Sequence record: PX583170.1
Length of the DNA: 56,260 nucleotides
From: a phage
Reading direction: 5' to 3' (one strand)
Of this stretch, positions 36,825 to 46,998 are shown piece by piece. The position numbers and the translations under genes were made by a program. The notes beneath the pieces were generated by a model. That model was given only the letters and a program-made list of their open reading frames with translations. It made no database searches and was not told the DNA's origin. The stretch's first letter is position 1. Each line of letters starts with the position of its first letter.

Positions 36825-37280
36825 GTGAAACAATATTCTTTCTATAATACCGACCTCATTATCGACGGTGCTCGTGTAGATGGTTTTACCTCTGGTAATT
36901 CCATCATCACTGCTCGTCGTAACGCACCTCAACACCTACCTGTTATTGACGCGTATGGTAAGTTGGCTGTAGCTACTACGGCTGACTTGTCTGGTACTAT
37001 TACTTTCCCGCTTCTGCAAACCGCAGACTGGAACGAAATCTTGTACAGCCGTGCTCAGTTAACTCAGGCAACTGGCCTGTCTGGCAACAAATCTCTGTGG
37101 CAACCGCTCCAGATTCAGATTGTTGACAAGATGGGTGATGTGCTGGTCAATGGTGTAAACGGCGCTATCTTGCAGCAACCTGCAATTCAGCGTGGTGTGT
37201 CCTTCACGTCTAACGTGTGGTCTATCTTTGTAGAGCGCCTCCAGATTAAGACTGGTTCTTATCCGGAGATTGGCGTTTAA
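36825..37280 (+). CDS. Putative tail tube protein (GTG start)
   Basis: 151 aa between sheath-size gene and chaperone. Confidence 0.4.
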   Translation: MKQYSFYNTDLIIDGARVDGFTSGNSIITARRNAPQHLPVIDAYGKLAVATTADLSGTITFPLLQTADWNEILYSRAQLTQATGLSGNKSLWQPLQIQIVDKMGDVLVNGVNGAILQQPAIQRGVSFTSNVWSIFVERLQIKTGSYPEIGV

Positions 37281-37291
37281 TTGGAGTAAGT

Positions 37292-37750
37292 ATGGCTTGT
37301 GAATTGCTTCAACGTGAATTCACAAACTCCAAAGGCGAAACAGTGTTAGTCGTTGTTCGACAATTGTCGGCTTCGGCTGCACTGTCTCTTCACGCGGAGT
37401 TGGTAAGCAAGTTAGGCTCACGAGTATTTCCATTCATCGAAGGTAAATATAACTTCGCTGATATTATATACTTGATGCAGCAAGTAGAGCATACCGTATT
37501 CACAGAATTGTTTAAGCGTGTTATCAGCATGCACTCGTCCATAGATGGACAAGAAATCAAACCTGCATTATATGATATGCAGTTCAATGGCGAATTGATG
37601 TTGTCTTGCCATGTCTTTGCTTTCGTGCTCGAAGCAAACTTCCTTGATTTTTTCAAGCAAGGGCTCGAAATCAACGAACAGAGACGATTGGAGGCGGAGG
37701 AAGCATCCAAGCTGGCAGAGCAGAAGAATTCGAGTCCGGAGACAGTTTAG
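37292..37750 (+). CDS. Putative tail assembly chaperone
   Basis: 152 aa immediately upstream of the tape measure gene; acidic C-terminus. Confidence 0.4.
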   Translation: MACELLQREFTNSKGETVLVVVRQLSASAALSLHAELVSKLGSRVFPFIEGKYNFADIIYLMQQVEHTVFTELFKRVISMHSSIDGQEIKPALYDMQFNGELMLSCHVFAFVLEANFLDFFKQGLEINEQRRLEAEEASKLAEQKNSSPETV

Positions 37751-37909
37751 TATCCCTGTTCCCCGACATAAAATATTTTCTGCATCGTCCTATAATCGAA
37801 GACAGTTCTCTCTGCAAGCTACATGAGTTGCAAGATGGAACCTATTCGATTATGGACTTATTGCTATTCCACGACATTCTCGATTTGCGTAAGAAACTCG
37901 AACCAGTAG

Positions 37910-40900
37910 ATGAAGACAATGGCTAATCAAAAAGATTTAATGAAGTTGAGCGTTAATGAGTTAATTGCATTAGGCTCTCAAAGCGGTCTGACTTTCCATG
38001 CTGGTATGAAGAAGTCGCACATGGTTCAACAACTTAGTGCGAGCGCTGCTTCGGGATGGCTGGATACAAATGCAGAATTAATGGGCGGGTCGTTCGAAGA
38101 TGACAGTTTAATTACTGAATCTTTGGGTGACTCTTCCATGATTTCAGACGCTGCCCACATTGCACAAGTGCTTTCAAGTGCTGGCTACACAGAAGCATTT
38201 CATGCAGCAATGAATGGCCCATCACACCATGTAGAAGCTGTTCACGCATACATGGAAAGGCTTGGCGTTAGCACAGATGATGTGTGGATGCACATGCCGA
38301 AGCCAAATCCGAACTTACCGCAAGGTAACTTCAACATGCTTAATGCCTATATGCGAGATACCTTGCAAGGGCATCAAGATATTATGCCGGAAATCCCAGG
38401 TCATTATGCTGGCGATATTATGGCAGAATACTCCACCAACCGTGGAAACATTGCTGACTCATATAACTACATGGCTCACATGTATGTTGACCGTGAGCAA
38501 TACAGCAATCATGAACAATACGCAAGAGACATTAGTCGAGTTGCCAAACGTCTGGAACGAGAGTTACCCTCAGCCTTTAAGGAAGTTGGGTATACATCCG
38601 CATCTAATGTAGGAAATAAATCGGCCCCACATATTTCTTACATGGATGCACTCCCTCAGATTGGTTCTCCTTCAATTGTTTCTGGCATTGCACATCCTCG
38701 TGCACCTCTTAACGCATCTGGACTACCACTTGGCTCTTATGGTTCTGGCATAAATCCAGAATACTCCCTCACTGCATCATTAACTGGTGGCACTGGTTGG
38801 AGTGAACCAAGCAAGGCTTTGTATTCTTCTATTAGTGAAGCTGTTAAATCTGCTGCCAAAGTTTATTCTGGCTCCAAAGGGATGCTGAATACTCGTCACG
38901 AAGTATCTGACCGTGACATGATTATGGATAGTGCAACACGCTACACGGATTTGGAAGAAGCCAGAAGCGGATACGAAAACCTTCGTTCTGAACTTGCAGA
39001 TGAGCCAGCTTATTCTGCATCAAGTGTTCGAGCCATCCTCGAAAACACTTATGATAAAATGGATGCCGAACCTGTTCGCATTCCAAAGATGAAGGGAGCT
39101 TCACAGCGAGTCGATAAAGATTCACTGTCAACATCTACAGATTTTACAGCACAACTTGGAGAGGCCACCAATTGGAACTCTGCAAGAATGCGTCGCGAGG
39201 AACTTGCGATTGCAAACATGGATAGTGCTGGATTCCGTGATGTATCAGACTATGGCACAGGACGTTCCAAGTCCCCCGTCCGATTCCACGACTTAGAACA
39301 GGGCAGCCAAGAGTGGCTAGACTTCCGTAAAAATTATGACATAACTGGCTCAACTGTTGGGACCTTTTTAGGAAACAACCCATACACCCGACCTTGGGCC
39401 GGTATGATTGATAAGATTGGCCTATCTCGTAGTAAAGAGCACAGCGATTTCACCAAGAAGATGTTCGCTGATGGTCACAGGACGGAAGAAGAAGCACGCG
39501 CTCGTGTTAGTAAGGAATTTGGATTTGATATCAAACAAACTGGCGCTATAACAAATGACAACTATCCCGCCTTCATGTATTCTCCTGATGGTCTTATTGG
39601 GGATGATGCCATTTGGGAGCACAAGAATCCGCAAAGGGCTGGTAAGTTTGCTGACCTTCTTAAAGGCGACCATCCAGACTACATGGACCAAATTCAATTT
39701 GGTATGCACGTTTCTGGCCGTTCTCGTGCTTTGTTCTCACAAACCATCAACGACGAAACACGTTCACAATGGATTGAGAAGGACGAAGGATGGTACGAGA
39801 GAAACCGAAATCGCCTTGATTCTGTGCTTGGCCGTCTTGATGCTGGGCGAGAGTTTGTTAGAAACAATGCTGGATTAGGGCGAGAAGAGCTGATTGCTGG
39901 TGCAAGAAGTGCAATGACTGGTGATGGAATCTGGAAAGATATTCGTCAAAAGTCTACTCGTGGCTATTCTGCTGTTGCTGGTACCCCAGAAGACCCGTTT
40001 ATTGGTTCGCGTTCTTCGTACAATCCAGAAGCATCCTACTCTGACTACAAGCCAAACTTTGTAATGCACGAGCAAAACTTTCCGGCAACCACTGGAAATG
40101 GTGACACCGGAAATGACTCGATGGCATTGTCTGTTAAGAAAGGTATCCTTGCTGCTCAGGAAGAAAACAGGCAGAAAGGTATCGGTGCAGATGCAGACTT
40201 TGACGGCAAAGCTGATTCAATGGGCTGGAACCGTGAGAGATTTGACGCTGCCAATGGCGGTGGATATTCTGGCGGTGGCGGTGGTCGTGGCGGCAACTTC
40301 ACAAGTGGTGGCAACTACTATGATGACTACGGTCGCATGGGTGGTTCACTAGCTGCTGGTATTGCTGGTGGCAGTATTGGTTCAGCAACCAACGGAGTTA
40401 TGCAAGCATTGATGGCAACTCCTGCGGGACGTATGGCTGCCGTAGGCATTGGTGCTATTCAGATTGGCAATGAAGCTGCTGAATACATGAATGACTTTAT
40501 CGGCAACTCGCTTGATGCTGGTGTGATAAATCCTAATGAATATTCTTCTATGTCGCAAGGCTTGGAGATGTTAGGACTCAATTCACAACAAGCGGCACGT
40601 CTGAATCAAACCACACATAGTGCCTACAACACCCTGCTTAACGGCGACCCCAGCGCCGCTGTGAACATCGTTCGCGGCAGTAGGGGATTGCTCACCATAG
40701 GTGATATTCGTGCGACAGGCGGCGACCCTGTGGCCCTGGCTCGCATCATGCAGGAAAGGGGCAAGGAGCGTGGCTGGAGTCAGGCCCGTATCGCAGGTGC
40801 TGCCGAAATGGCTGGCCTGAATGGGATGGCGCGAGCCTATGACCGCACGGAATACAGCCATGAGCAAGCTGGTTCGGTGGTAGAAGCGGGTAGAAACTCC

Positions 40901-41635
40901 GACTTTGCCGAAGGTATGGCCCAATCGGAAATGTTGCAGGGAAGCCGCGCACGGATGCTGCCAAGCTACAACGTGCCACAAAGTGTCTTATCTAATGGTG
41001 CTTCTGTATTTGAGGCTGGCAGTGATGCACTTGACGGTGTACGCACTGGACTGAATAAGACGCGAGAATTTGCTGGAAATGTTTACGACTTTATCGCTCA
41101 AGAGGAATCTGGCGGTCGTGAATATAATAAAGATGGTTCTCGTGTAACAAGTCGCACTGGTGCTCGTGGGATAATGCAGATTCTCCCTTCGACTGCCCGT
41201 GACCCAGGATTTGGAATCAGGCCGTCTGATGGAACTCCAGAAGATGATGCACGAGTTGGTCGTGAATACTATGACGCAATGTACAAGCGTTATGGCGACC
41301 ACGAAAAGGCAATGGCTGCTTACACCGATGGTCCTGGCACTGTTGACAAAGCTGTCGATAAGAATGGATTGGATTGGCTAACTGCTGTTCCTGTACAAGC
41401 ACAGAATCGCGTCAAAGCATTCCGTGAATGGTCCAAGTCTTCTCAATCTTTGGAAGAAGGTGCTACAGGGTTTACTCGTAATGGAATGTCATACGGTCAA
41501 ACCCAAACTGTTGTTAATGTTAAGATTGATGCTAAGGTCAACAACCAAACTGCTTCTGCTACAGTTGCAATTCCTGGTGGTCAGACTGTGACTCAACAAA
41601 TGAACATGAACAACGGTGCGCAACAAAGAAGGTAA
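37910..41635 (+). CDS. Tail tape measure / internal tail protein with C-terminal lytic transglycosylase (SLT) domain
   Basis: 1,241 aa; Gly-rich segment GGGYSGGGGGRGGNF; SLT-like QEESGGREYNKDGSRVTSRTGARGIMQILPSTA. Confidence 0.65.
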   Translation: MKTMANQKDLMKLSVNELIALGSQSGLTFHAGMKKSHMVQQLSASAASGWLDTNAELMGGSFEDDSLITESLGDSSMISDAAHIAQVLSSAGYTEAFHAAMNGPSHHVEAVHAYMERLGVSTDDVWMHMPKPNPNLPQGNFNMLNAYMRDTLQGHQDIMPEIPGHYAGDIMAEYSTNRGNIADSYNYMAHMYVDREQYSNHEQYARDISRVAKRLERELPSAFKEVGYTSASNVGNKSAPHISYMDALPQIGSPSIVSGIAHPRAPLNASGLPLGSYGSGINPEYSLTASLTGGTGWSEPSKALYSSISEAVKSAAKVYSGSKGMLNTRHEVSDRDMIMDSATRYTDLEEARSGYENLRSELADEPAYSASSVRAILENTYDKMDAEPVRIPKMKGASQRVDKDSLSTSTDFTAQLGEATNWNSARMRREELAIANMDSAGFRDVSDYGTGRSKSPVRFHDLEQGSQEWLDFRKNYDITGSTVGTFLGNNPYTRPWAGMIDKIGLSRSKEHSDFTKKMFADGHRTEEEARARVSKEFGFDIKQTGAITNDNYPAFMYSPDGLIGDDAIWEHKNPQRAGKFADLLKGDHPDYMDQIQFGMHVSGRSRALFSQTINDETRSQWIEKDEGWYERNRNRLDSVLGRLDAGREFVRNNAGLGREELIAGARSAMTGDGIWKDIRQKSTRGYSAVAGTPEDPFIGSRSSYNPEASYSDYKPNFVMHEQNFPATTGNGDTGNDSMALSVKKGILAAQEENRQKGIGADADFDGKADSMGWNRERFDAANGGGYSGGGGGRGGNFTSGGNYYDDYGRMGGSLAAGIAGGSIGSATNGVMQALMATPAGRMAAVGIGAIQIGNEAAEYMNDFIGNSLDAGVINPNEYSSMSQGLEMLGLNSQQAARLNQTTHSAYNTLLNGDPSAAVNIVRGSRGLLTIGDIRATGGDPVALARIMQERGKERGWSQARIAGAAEMAGLNGMARAYDRTEYSHEQAGSVVEAGRNSDFAEGMAQSEMLQGSRARMLPSYNVPQSVLSNGASVFEAGSDALDGVRTGLNKTREFAGNVYDFIAQEESGGREYNKDGSRVTSRTGARGIMQILPSTARDPGFGIRPSDGTPEDDARVGREYYDAMYKRYGDHEKAMAAYTDGPGTVDKAVDKNGLDWLTAVPVQAQNRVKAFREWSKSSQSLEEGATGFTRNGMSYGQTQTVVNVKIDAKVNNQTASATVAIPGGQTVTQQMNMNNGAQQRR

Positions 41636-41641
41636 GGAGTT

Positions 41642-41667
41642 GGGGAGAAATCCCCAGCTTTCCTTTT
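41642..41667 (+). terminator. Rho-independent terminator after the tape measure gene
   Basis: GGGGA-gaaa-TCCCC stem with GAAA loop, then agctttcctttt. Confidence 0.6.
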
Positions 41668-41689
41668 ACATTAGTTGAATATGTATTAA
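41668..41689 (+). promoter_or_regulatory. Promoter-motif copy P14
   Basis: aCATTAGTTGaATATGTAttaa, 20 nt before the next gene. Confidence 0.5.
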
Positions 41690-41708
41690 TTTCAATAGGT
41701 ATATTGCA

Positions 41709-42818
41709 ATGCCGTGGCTACGCAGAGTTGAGGTAATAGTTTCACGTAAAGAAGACCCAAGCATTCGAACAGTATTTAAATCACATCGTATTGATTTTGA
41801 AGTCCGTTCCACTGTTGGGTGGCCCGCCGATACAGCAAACATAACTCTGTTTAACTTGTCATTAGAAGAAGTTAAGTTCCTCCAGGACAAGACCTACGGA
41901 GATATGTATATTGAAATTCGTGCAGGGTATGCAGAAGATGAACGTTCGGACTCTAGTGGTGGGACTTCTAGTGGCGGCGTTAAGAAGTTTGGTCAAAAGG
42001 CAGAACAGAGCGACCGCGTAACAGTGTCTACATCACTACCAACCATCTTCTCCGGAATTATTACAAACGCAGTTGGCTACAGAAAGCCTCCTGAACATGT
42101 AACACAATTGTTTTGCATTTCCAAGGCTTATGGTGCATCCACTGATTTCAAACAGTTGACTGCAATCAAGCCTGGAACCAAGCTCATTGATGCAATGCGC
42201 TCAATGTGTTCTGACTATGGATTCAATACCATCTCCACATTTGGTGTTGAAGATTCAATCCTTGAAACAGTGATGCCTCGTGGGCGTGTGTTTCATGACA
42301 CATTCTTAAACGAATTCCGTAACATGCTTGGCGAGTATAACTTGCTATACACTGTTACAACTGGTGAAGTTCAAATCTTCCCAGACACCTTTGGTGATAA
42401 AGATGCAGTAAACAGAATGTCCAAAGACAGAGAGCCAGTTAAGCTGGATGCCAACTCAGTCATTGGAAACCCTGTTGCTGGAATCTGCACCTACACTTTA
42501 AACACATTCCTAAACCCATCTTTCCAACCAGGGATGATTCTTGATGTATCTCCTTTGCTTGGAGATGAGCTACTTGCCAATGGTGTTACCTCTGTTTCAG
42601 GGGAAGGTATTGTACTTAATACAGACCAGTCCGTATTCCGGTGGGCTGTTGAAGACAAATACTTTATCATGGAAGTTGTGCATAAAGGTTCGACTCACAC
42701 AACCACTTATCAAACATCAATCACTGCAATCCTGGGTGGCAATACAATGATGGGTGGTAAGGAAGCTGCGTGGCAGGAAATGTATGCTAACAGTGGAATG
42801 GCAATGGAGTCATTTTAA
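41709..42818 (+). CDS. Putative baseplate / distal tail protein (369 aa)
   Basis: Position after tape measure. Confidence 0.4.
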   Translation: MPWLRRVEVIVSRKEDPSIRTVFKSHRIDFEVRSTVGWPADTANITLFNLSLEEVKFLQDKTYGDMYIEIRAGYAEDERSDSSGGTSSGGVKKFGQKAEQSDRVTVSTSLPTIFSGIITNAVGYRKPPEHVTQLFCISKAYGASTDFKQLTAIKPGTKLIDAMRSMCSDYGFNTISTFGVEDSILETVMPRGRVFHDTFLNEFRNMLGEYNLLYTVTTGEVQIFPDTFGDKDAVNRMSKDREPVKLDANSVIGNPVAGICTYTLNTFLNPSFQPGMILDVSPLLGDELLANGVTSVSGEGIVLNTDQSVFRWAVEDKYFIMEVVHKGSTHTTTYQTSITAILGGNTMMGGKEAAWQEMYANSGMAMESF

Positions 42819-43705
42819 TGTCTATCTTTGATACCGACCTCATTGGTGGTGTGTCCTCTGGTTTGAAGAATTTCAGCTACGGGCATCATCCATCTATTGT
42901 TATGTGGTCCAATGGACCTGCAACACAGAAGGAAGAGGAGTCGGGGCTATTTGGTGGGTTTGCGAAATCTCTTGAGAGCTTGCCTGTTGTTGGTGAGTCT
43001 GCCACCGAAAGTTTTAACTCCTTTAAATTCGATGCTATGGTTAGTGAAGAACATGCATCTGAAACAACTGTAACCAAGTTCCCTGTTAGTTCTGGGTTCC
43101 TGGTTAGCGACCATGTTATTAATCAGAACAGGGTACTTAAGTTAACCGCTGTTGCTGTCAACATGCAGAACTCCTCTATGTGGACTGCATCTGTGCAAGG
43201 TTTGTCTGTTGCTTCTGGTGCAATCTTCAACAGTCCAGTTATCCCAATTCTTGGTGGGATTGCTGGGGGCGTTGCTTCTGCATTTGAGACAAGCAACCGA
43301 ATCCAGTCTACTTACGATTTGTTTAACAGCTTCCGTGTTACGGGGCAGAAGTTATACATCTCCACCATTCTGGGACCTTATTTGAATTGTGTAGTAACCT
43401 CAATCAAAACCAAACATGATAAGATGACTTCTGCAATGTTGTCTGTTGAAATCTTGTTTGAAGAGTTGCAAACGGTAGGGGAAGATGTTCTTGCCAGCGA
43501 GGCTCGCAAGGCAATGGAATCAATGTCTGACTACTCTGAATTTGCAAAGGTTGCGCAGAGTTTAGGAATGGGTGTTCTTGGAGGTGTTCCACTCCCGGGA
43601 CTTGGTGCTCTTGGCACTCCTCCAACCAAACAGTTATCCAACTTGAAAGGTAAGTTGAGCAAACTCGCTTCTCCACTTTCTTCTATCAAGGGACGTATTC
43701 TATGA
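42818..43705 (+). CDS. Putative baseplate / tail protein (295 aa)
   Basis: TAATG junction; position. Confidence 0.4.
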   Translation: MSIFDTDLIGGVSSGLKNFSYGHHPSIVMWSNGPATQKEEESGLFGGFAKSLESLPVVGESATESFNSFKFDAMVSEEHASETTVTKFPVSSGFLVSDHVINQNRVLKLTAVAVNMQNSSMWTASVQGLSVASGAIFNSPVIPILGGIAGGVASAFETSNRIQSTYDLFNSFRVTGQKLYISTILGPYLNCVVTSIKTKHDKMTSAMLSVEILFEELQTVGEDVLASEARKAMESMSDYSEFAKVAQSLGMGVLGGVPLPGLGALGTPPTKQLSNLKGKLSKLASPLSSIKGRIL

Positions 43706-44064
43706 TTGAGCAGGAACATCAAGCTCTTAAGCAAATTGCTGACCTTCTGCCACCTGGATATGTGAAAAGTGTTCCTTACAACATAAGGAAGGATGTGTCG
43801 TTTGAGTTTAATGGTGTAACAGTTAAAATGTCTGCACTCTACTTGAACGAACCTCTAAACTGCTACATGTTTGACTTAGCTTGGGGAGCCACGAATAAGA
43901 TATTCGGAATCCCTATTCGATGCGGTATTGATATTCTTAAGCAATACAAGACCCCGCTCCCAAACATGTATGCAGCTAACACAGTATTCCCTGGTGAAGA
44001 AGTAACAAGCTACCGACAACTCTACCTATTCATTATTGACGAGAGTGTACTTGAACGTGGCTAG
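43702..44064 (+). CDS. Hypothetical tail-module protein (120 aa)
   Basis: Overlapping start; position. Confidence 0.4.
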   Translation: MIEQEHQALKQIADLLPPGYVKSVPYNIRKDVSFEFNGVTVKMSALYLNEPLNCYMFDLAWGATNKIFGIPIRCGIDILKQYKTPLPNMYAANTVFPGEEVTSYRQLYLFIIDESVLERG

Positions 44065-44851
44065 TCATAACAATAACCAAAATGCTCCTGATATTAACAC
44101 AAGTTATCCAGGACACATCTACAACTTCGATGCAGCAACGCAGACTTGTGAAGTCCAGCTTGCAATCGAAAACTTGTTCGTGGGTTATGCCGAAGCCTAC
44201 ACCTTGCAGCCAAAACAAAGGTTGCAGGGTGTTCCTGTTCAATTTATTCAGGGTGGCGGCTGGAGTTTAACTCATCCGGTTCCAGATGGCACTCCATGCT
44301 ATGTCCATTTCTCCCAGCGAGGGATAGACCATTGGTTGTCAGAGAATAAAAGTAGTGCTGGCTTAATAAACGGGCGACCTGCCCCAGAGTTCAGCCAACT
44401 GTTCTCACACAATGCTGCCGTATGTACCATTGGGACTCAGCCTTTGACTAAAGTTATTCCAGGATTTAATGGTGGAGTAACAGAACTGCGAAACGCAGAC
44501 AGGAGCCAAAGACTAACATTGCATGGTGATGGTTTAATTGAAATCATTACTGGTGCTGCGAAGATTCAAATCACAAAAGATTCGGAGATTCTCGTTGAAG
44601 TTACGTCGCAAGCTACAGTTAAAGCGCCGCAGATTACATTGGATGGCGATACGACCGTTACAAAATCCCTAACAGTGATGGGCGGTATGGCTGTATCTGG
44701 GACCAAAGATGGCTCTACTGCAACGTTCACTGGTAACTTTAAGATGGATGGTAACATGGTTCAAACTGGTTCCCTCACTCTTAATGGTATTAAGGTTGAT
44801 GGTCACACTCACACTAACCCAGAAGGCGGCGATGTTGGGCCGATGAAATAA
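44036..44851 (+). CDS. Putative baseplate spike (gpV-like)
   Basis: C-terminal LNGIKVDGHTHTNPEGG, an HxH motif like those at phage spike tips. Confidence 0.45.
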   Translation: MTRVYLNVASHNNNQNAPDINTSYPGHIYNFDAATQTCEVQLAIENLFVGYAEAYTLQPKQRLQGVPVQFIQGGGWSLTHPVPDGTPCYVHFSQRGIDHWLSENKSSAGLINGRPAPEFSQLFSHNAAVCTIGTQPLTKVIPGFNGGVTELRNADRSQRLTLHGDGLIEIITGAAKIQITKDSEILVEVTSQATVKAPQITLDGDTTVTKSLTVMGGMAVSGTKDGSTATFTGNFKMDGNMVQTGSLTLNGIKVDGHTHTNPEGGDVGPMK

Positions 44852-45222
44852 TGGCTGGAAATTTAGCTCTTGATTCAAACCACGACATTATTATTGGTCG
44901 TGGAACAACTCGTATTTCAGGTGCTGCTCAAGTCGCTCAATTAGTTAAGTGCAGATTGCTGACAATCTTCGGAGAATGGAAGCTCGACAATTCGTTGGGC
45001 TTACCGTGGTTCGAAGCAATCTTCACAAAGCAAGTACGTCCCTCGGATATTGAGGCAGCAATAGCCAACATCATCCGTGGAACTGCTGGTGTCCAGCAAC
45101 TAATATCTATAGATATTGATGCAGACTATCGAGCCAGAAAACTTGGAATCTCCTTTACTGCATTGTCTGACTATGGCGACATTACGGAATTCTTAACATG
45201 GCAACAATCAAATACGGCGTAA
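44851..45222 (+). CDS. Putative baseplate wedge protein (gpW/gp25-like)
   Basis: 123 aa; position between spike-like and J-like genes. Confidence 0.35.
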   Translation: MAGNLALDSNHDIIIGRGTTRISGAAQVAQLVKCRLLTIFGEWKLDNSLGLPWFEAIFTKQVRPSDIEAAIANIIRGTAGVQQLISIDIDADYRARKLGISFTALSDYGDITEFLTWQQSNTA

Positions 45223-46355
45223 CAGAGAACGGCTTTGTTCGTAAGCCTGTGGCCGACGTTGTATCAAGCCTTAATAACAAATTTATTGCCGCATTTGGTT
45301 CCAACTTTGATATAAGTCCGGAATCTCCCGATGGACAATACATTGGAATTATGGCAGACGAAATAGCTTCGTGCTGGGAACAGGCCGAACAAGTATTCAA
45401 CGCATTCCGTCCAGGCGCTGTGTCTGGTGTTGGGTTGGATAACGTTTGTGAGCTAACAAACACTGTTCGATATGTCAACAAGCCTTCACAAGCAACTGTT
45501 CTGTGCAAGGGCGATACAGGGACTATTGTTCCTGCTGGTTCTGTTGTAACTGATGGAACAATGCGCTTCGTGCTGGACACAGACGTAACACTACCAGGTG
45601 ACGTAACTGTTATCGCAGAAGAGCCAGGTGAGTATTATATCGCACCTAACACCATCAACAAAATTGTAACTCCTGTTGCTGGTTGGGCTTCTGTTAACAA
45701 TGAAACGGCTGGTGAGACAGGTATTAACTATGAACCAGACCCACAACTTCGAGCACGTCGAGAAAAGACTACGGCAGTCAGTAGCACAGCCACAGTCGAA
45801 GCCATCTATGCTTCACTCGCTGACCTCGATATTGATTACATTCGTGTTCGTGATAATGATACCGGCTCTCCTATTGGCAATCAGCCTTCGGGCACTGTAT
45901 TTGTTGTAGTTGATGGCGGCACCAATAACGATATTGCCCGTCGAATCTACAATGCCAAAACTGGTGGCGTTCCTACGCATGGCGATATCACAATCACTGT
46001 GGCAGACTCAAAAGGTTATCCGCACGATATTCATTTCAGCCGACCAACTTACACAGACATCTATGTCAAAGGTACGTTCCGTCGACGTGCAAATGCCAAC
46101 TTGAGTTCTAACGATGCTATTCGTCAACTGACCGAAGCAACTGTTAACTATCTCAACTCCCTACAACCAGGGCAGAGTGTGGTATGGTCTAACATGTTTG
46201 CTCCTATCATGGCTGCAACACAGTCGCTTGAAATTGATTCCCTGTTTATTGGTATTGCTCCAAACCCAACTGGAACAGCAACCATTGATTTGGATATCGA
46301 TAAGCGTGCTCGTGGCGTTGCTGCCAATATAACCTACACTGATGTAACGGTATAA
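45198..46355 (+). CDS. Putative baseplate J-like protein
   Basis: 385 aa; position. Confidence 0.4.
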   Translation: MATIKYGVTENGFVRKPVADVVSSLNNKFIAAFGSNFDISPESPDGQYIGIMADEIASCWEQAEQVFNAFRPGAVSGVGLDNVCELTNTVRYVNKPSQATVLCKGDTGTIVPAGSVVTDGTMRFVLDTDVTLPGDVTVIAEEPGEYYIAPNTINKIVTPVAGWASVNNETAGETGINYEPDPQLRARREKTTAVSSTATVEAIYASLADLDIDYIRVRDNDTGSPIGNQPSGTVFVVVDGGTNNDIARRIYNAKTGGVPTHGDITITVADSKGYPHDIHFSRPTYTDIYVKGTFRRRANANLSSNDAIRQLTEATVNYLNSLQPGQSVVWSNMFAPIMAATQSLEIDSLFIGIAPNPTGTATIDLDIDKRARGVAANITYTDVTV

Positions 46356-46356
46356 C

Positions 46357-46998
46357 ATGGCTGGTAAACATGGCTTAGACATGCTGCTTTCGCAGTATGC
46401 ACTTTCACCAAACCTTCGCAAGTATATCTCCATTTTCTTGGAAGAGTTTGCAGAAGTTAAACAAGCCATGACCGACTCAATTAAGTACAGATACTTGGCA
46501 GACTCATTCGGCATCATGGTTGATGACCTTGCATATATTGTGGGGGCTTCTCGTGTAATTCATGGTGCCGCAGCACTTGGGTACTTTGGTTTCTATGCCA
46601 ACCCAGGTGCATTCTCTGCTGGTGATGATAATGACCCAAATGTCGGTGGTATTCTGAAATCAGATTACGACAGGGACTCTGGCGACTTTGTTCGAACAGA
46701 TGCACAGTTGAAGGCTGCAATACGTGCCCGAATCATTAAGATAACTGGCAACTGCACTATCGAACAAATCATCACGTACATTGAGTTGGTCGTGGGAAGA
46801 GAGCTAAAACTTCAAATCGTCGAAGGATTTCAGACAATGGACTATGTTGTTCATGAAATGTTGTCTGTACCTGAGAAAGTTCTTATGGCGCACATGCTTC
46901 CAAACTTTAAACCTGTTGGTGTTAAGATTACCCTCAGAGATGCTGGAGGCAATATCGCCTTGGTTTATGGTTCCAAAGATTATCCTCCGGAGAAATAA
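46357..46998 (+). CDS. Putative baseplate / tail fiber-associated protein (gpI-like)
   Basis: 213 aa; position. Confidence 0.35.
   Translation: MAGKHGLDMLLSQYALSPNLRKYISIFLEEFAEVKQAMTDSIKYRYLADSFGIMVDDLAYIVGASRVIHGAAALGYFGFYANPGAFSAGDDNDPNVGGILKSDYDRDSGDFVRTDAQLKAAIRARIIKITGNCTIEQIITYIELVVGRELKLQIVEGFQTMDYVVHEMLSVPEKVLMAHMLPNFKPVGVKITLRDAGGNIALVYGSKDYPPEK

Noticed and set aside
37611-37826. +1-frame ORF overlapping the 3' end of the tail chaperone gene, as a possible G/GT-type frameshift product
   Set aside because: It is in the +1 rather than -1 frame, no slippery heptamer was seen, and the extension is short and Arg-rich; the -1 frame closes within a few codons.
40250-40400. Gly-codon-rich tract as a repeat element
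   Set aside because: Coding low-complexity segment of the tape measure protein.
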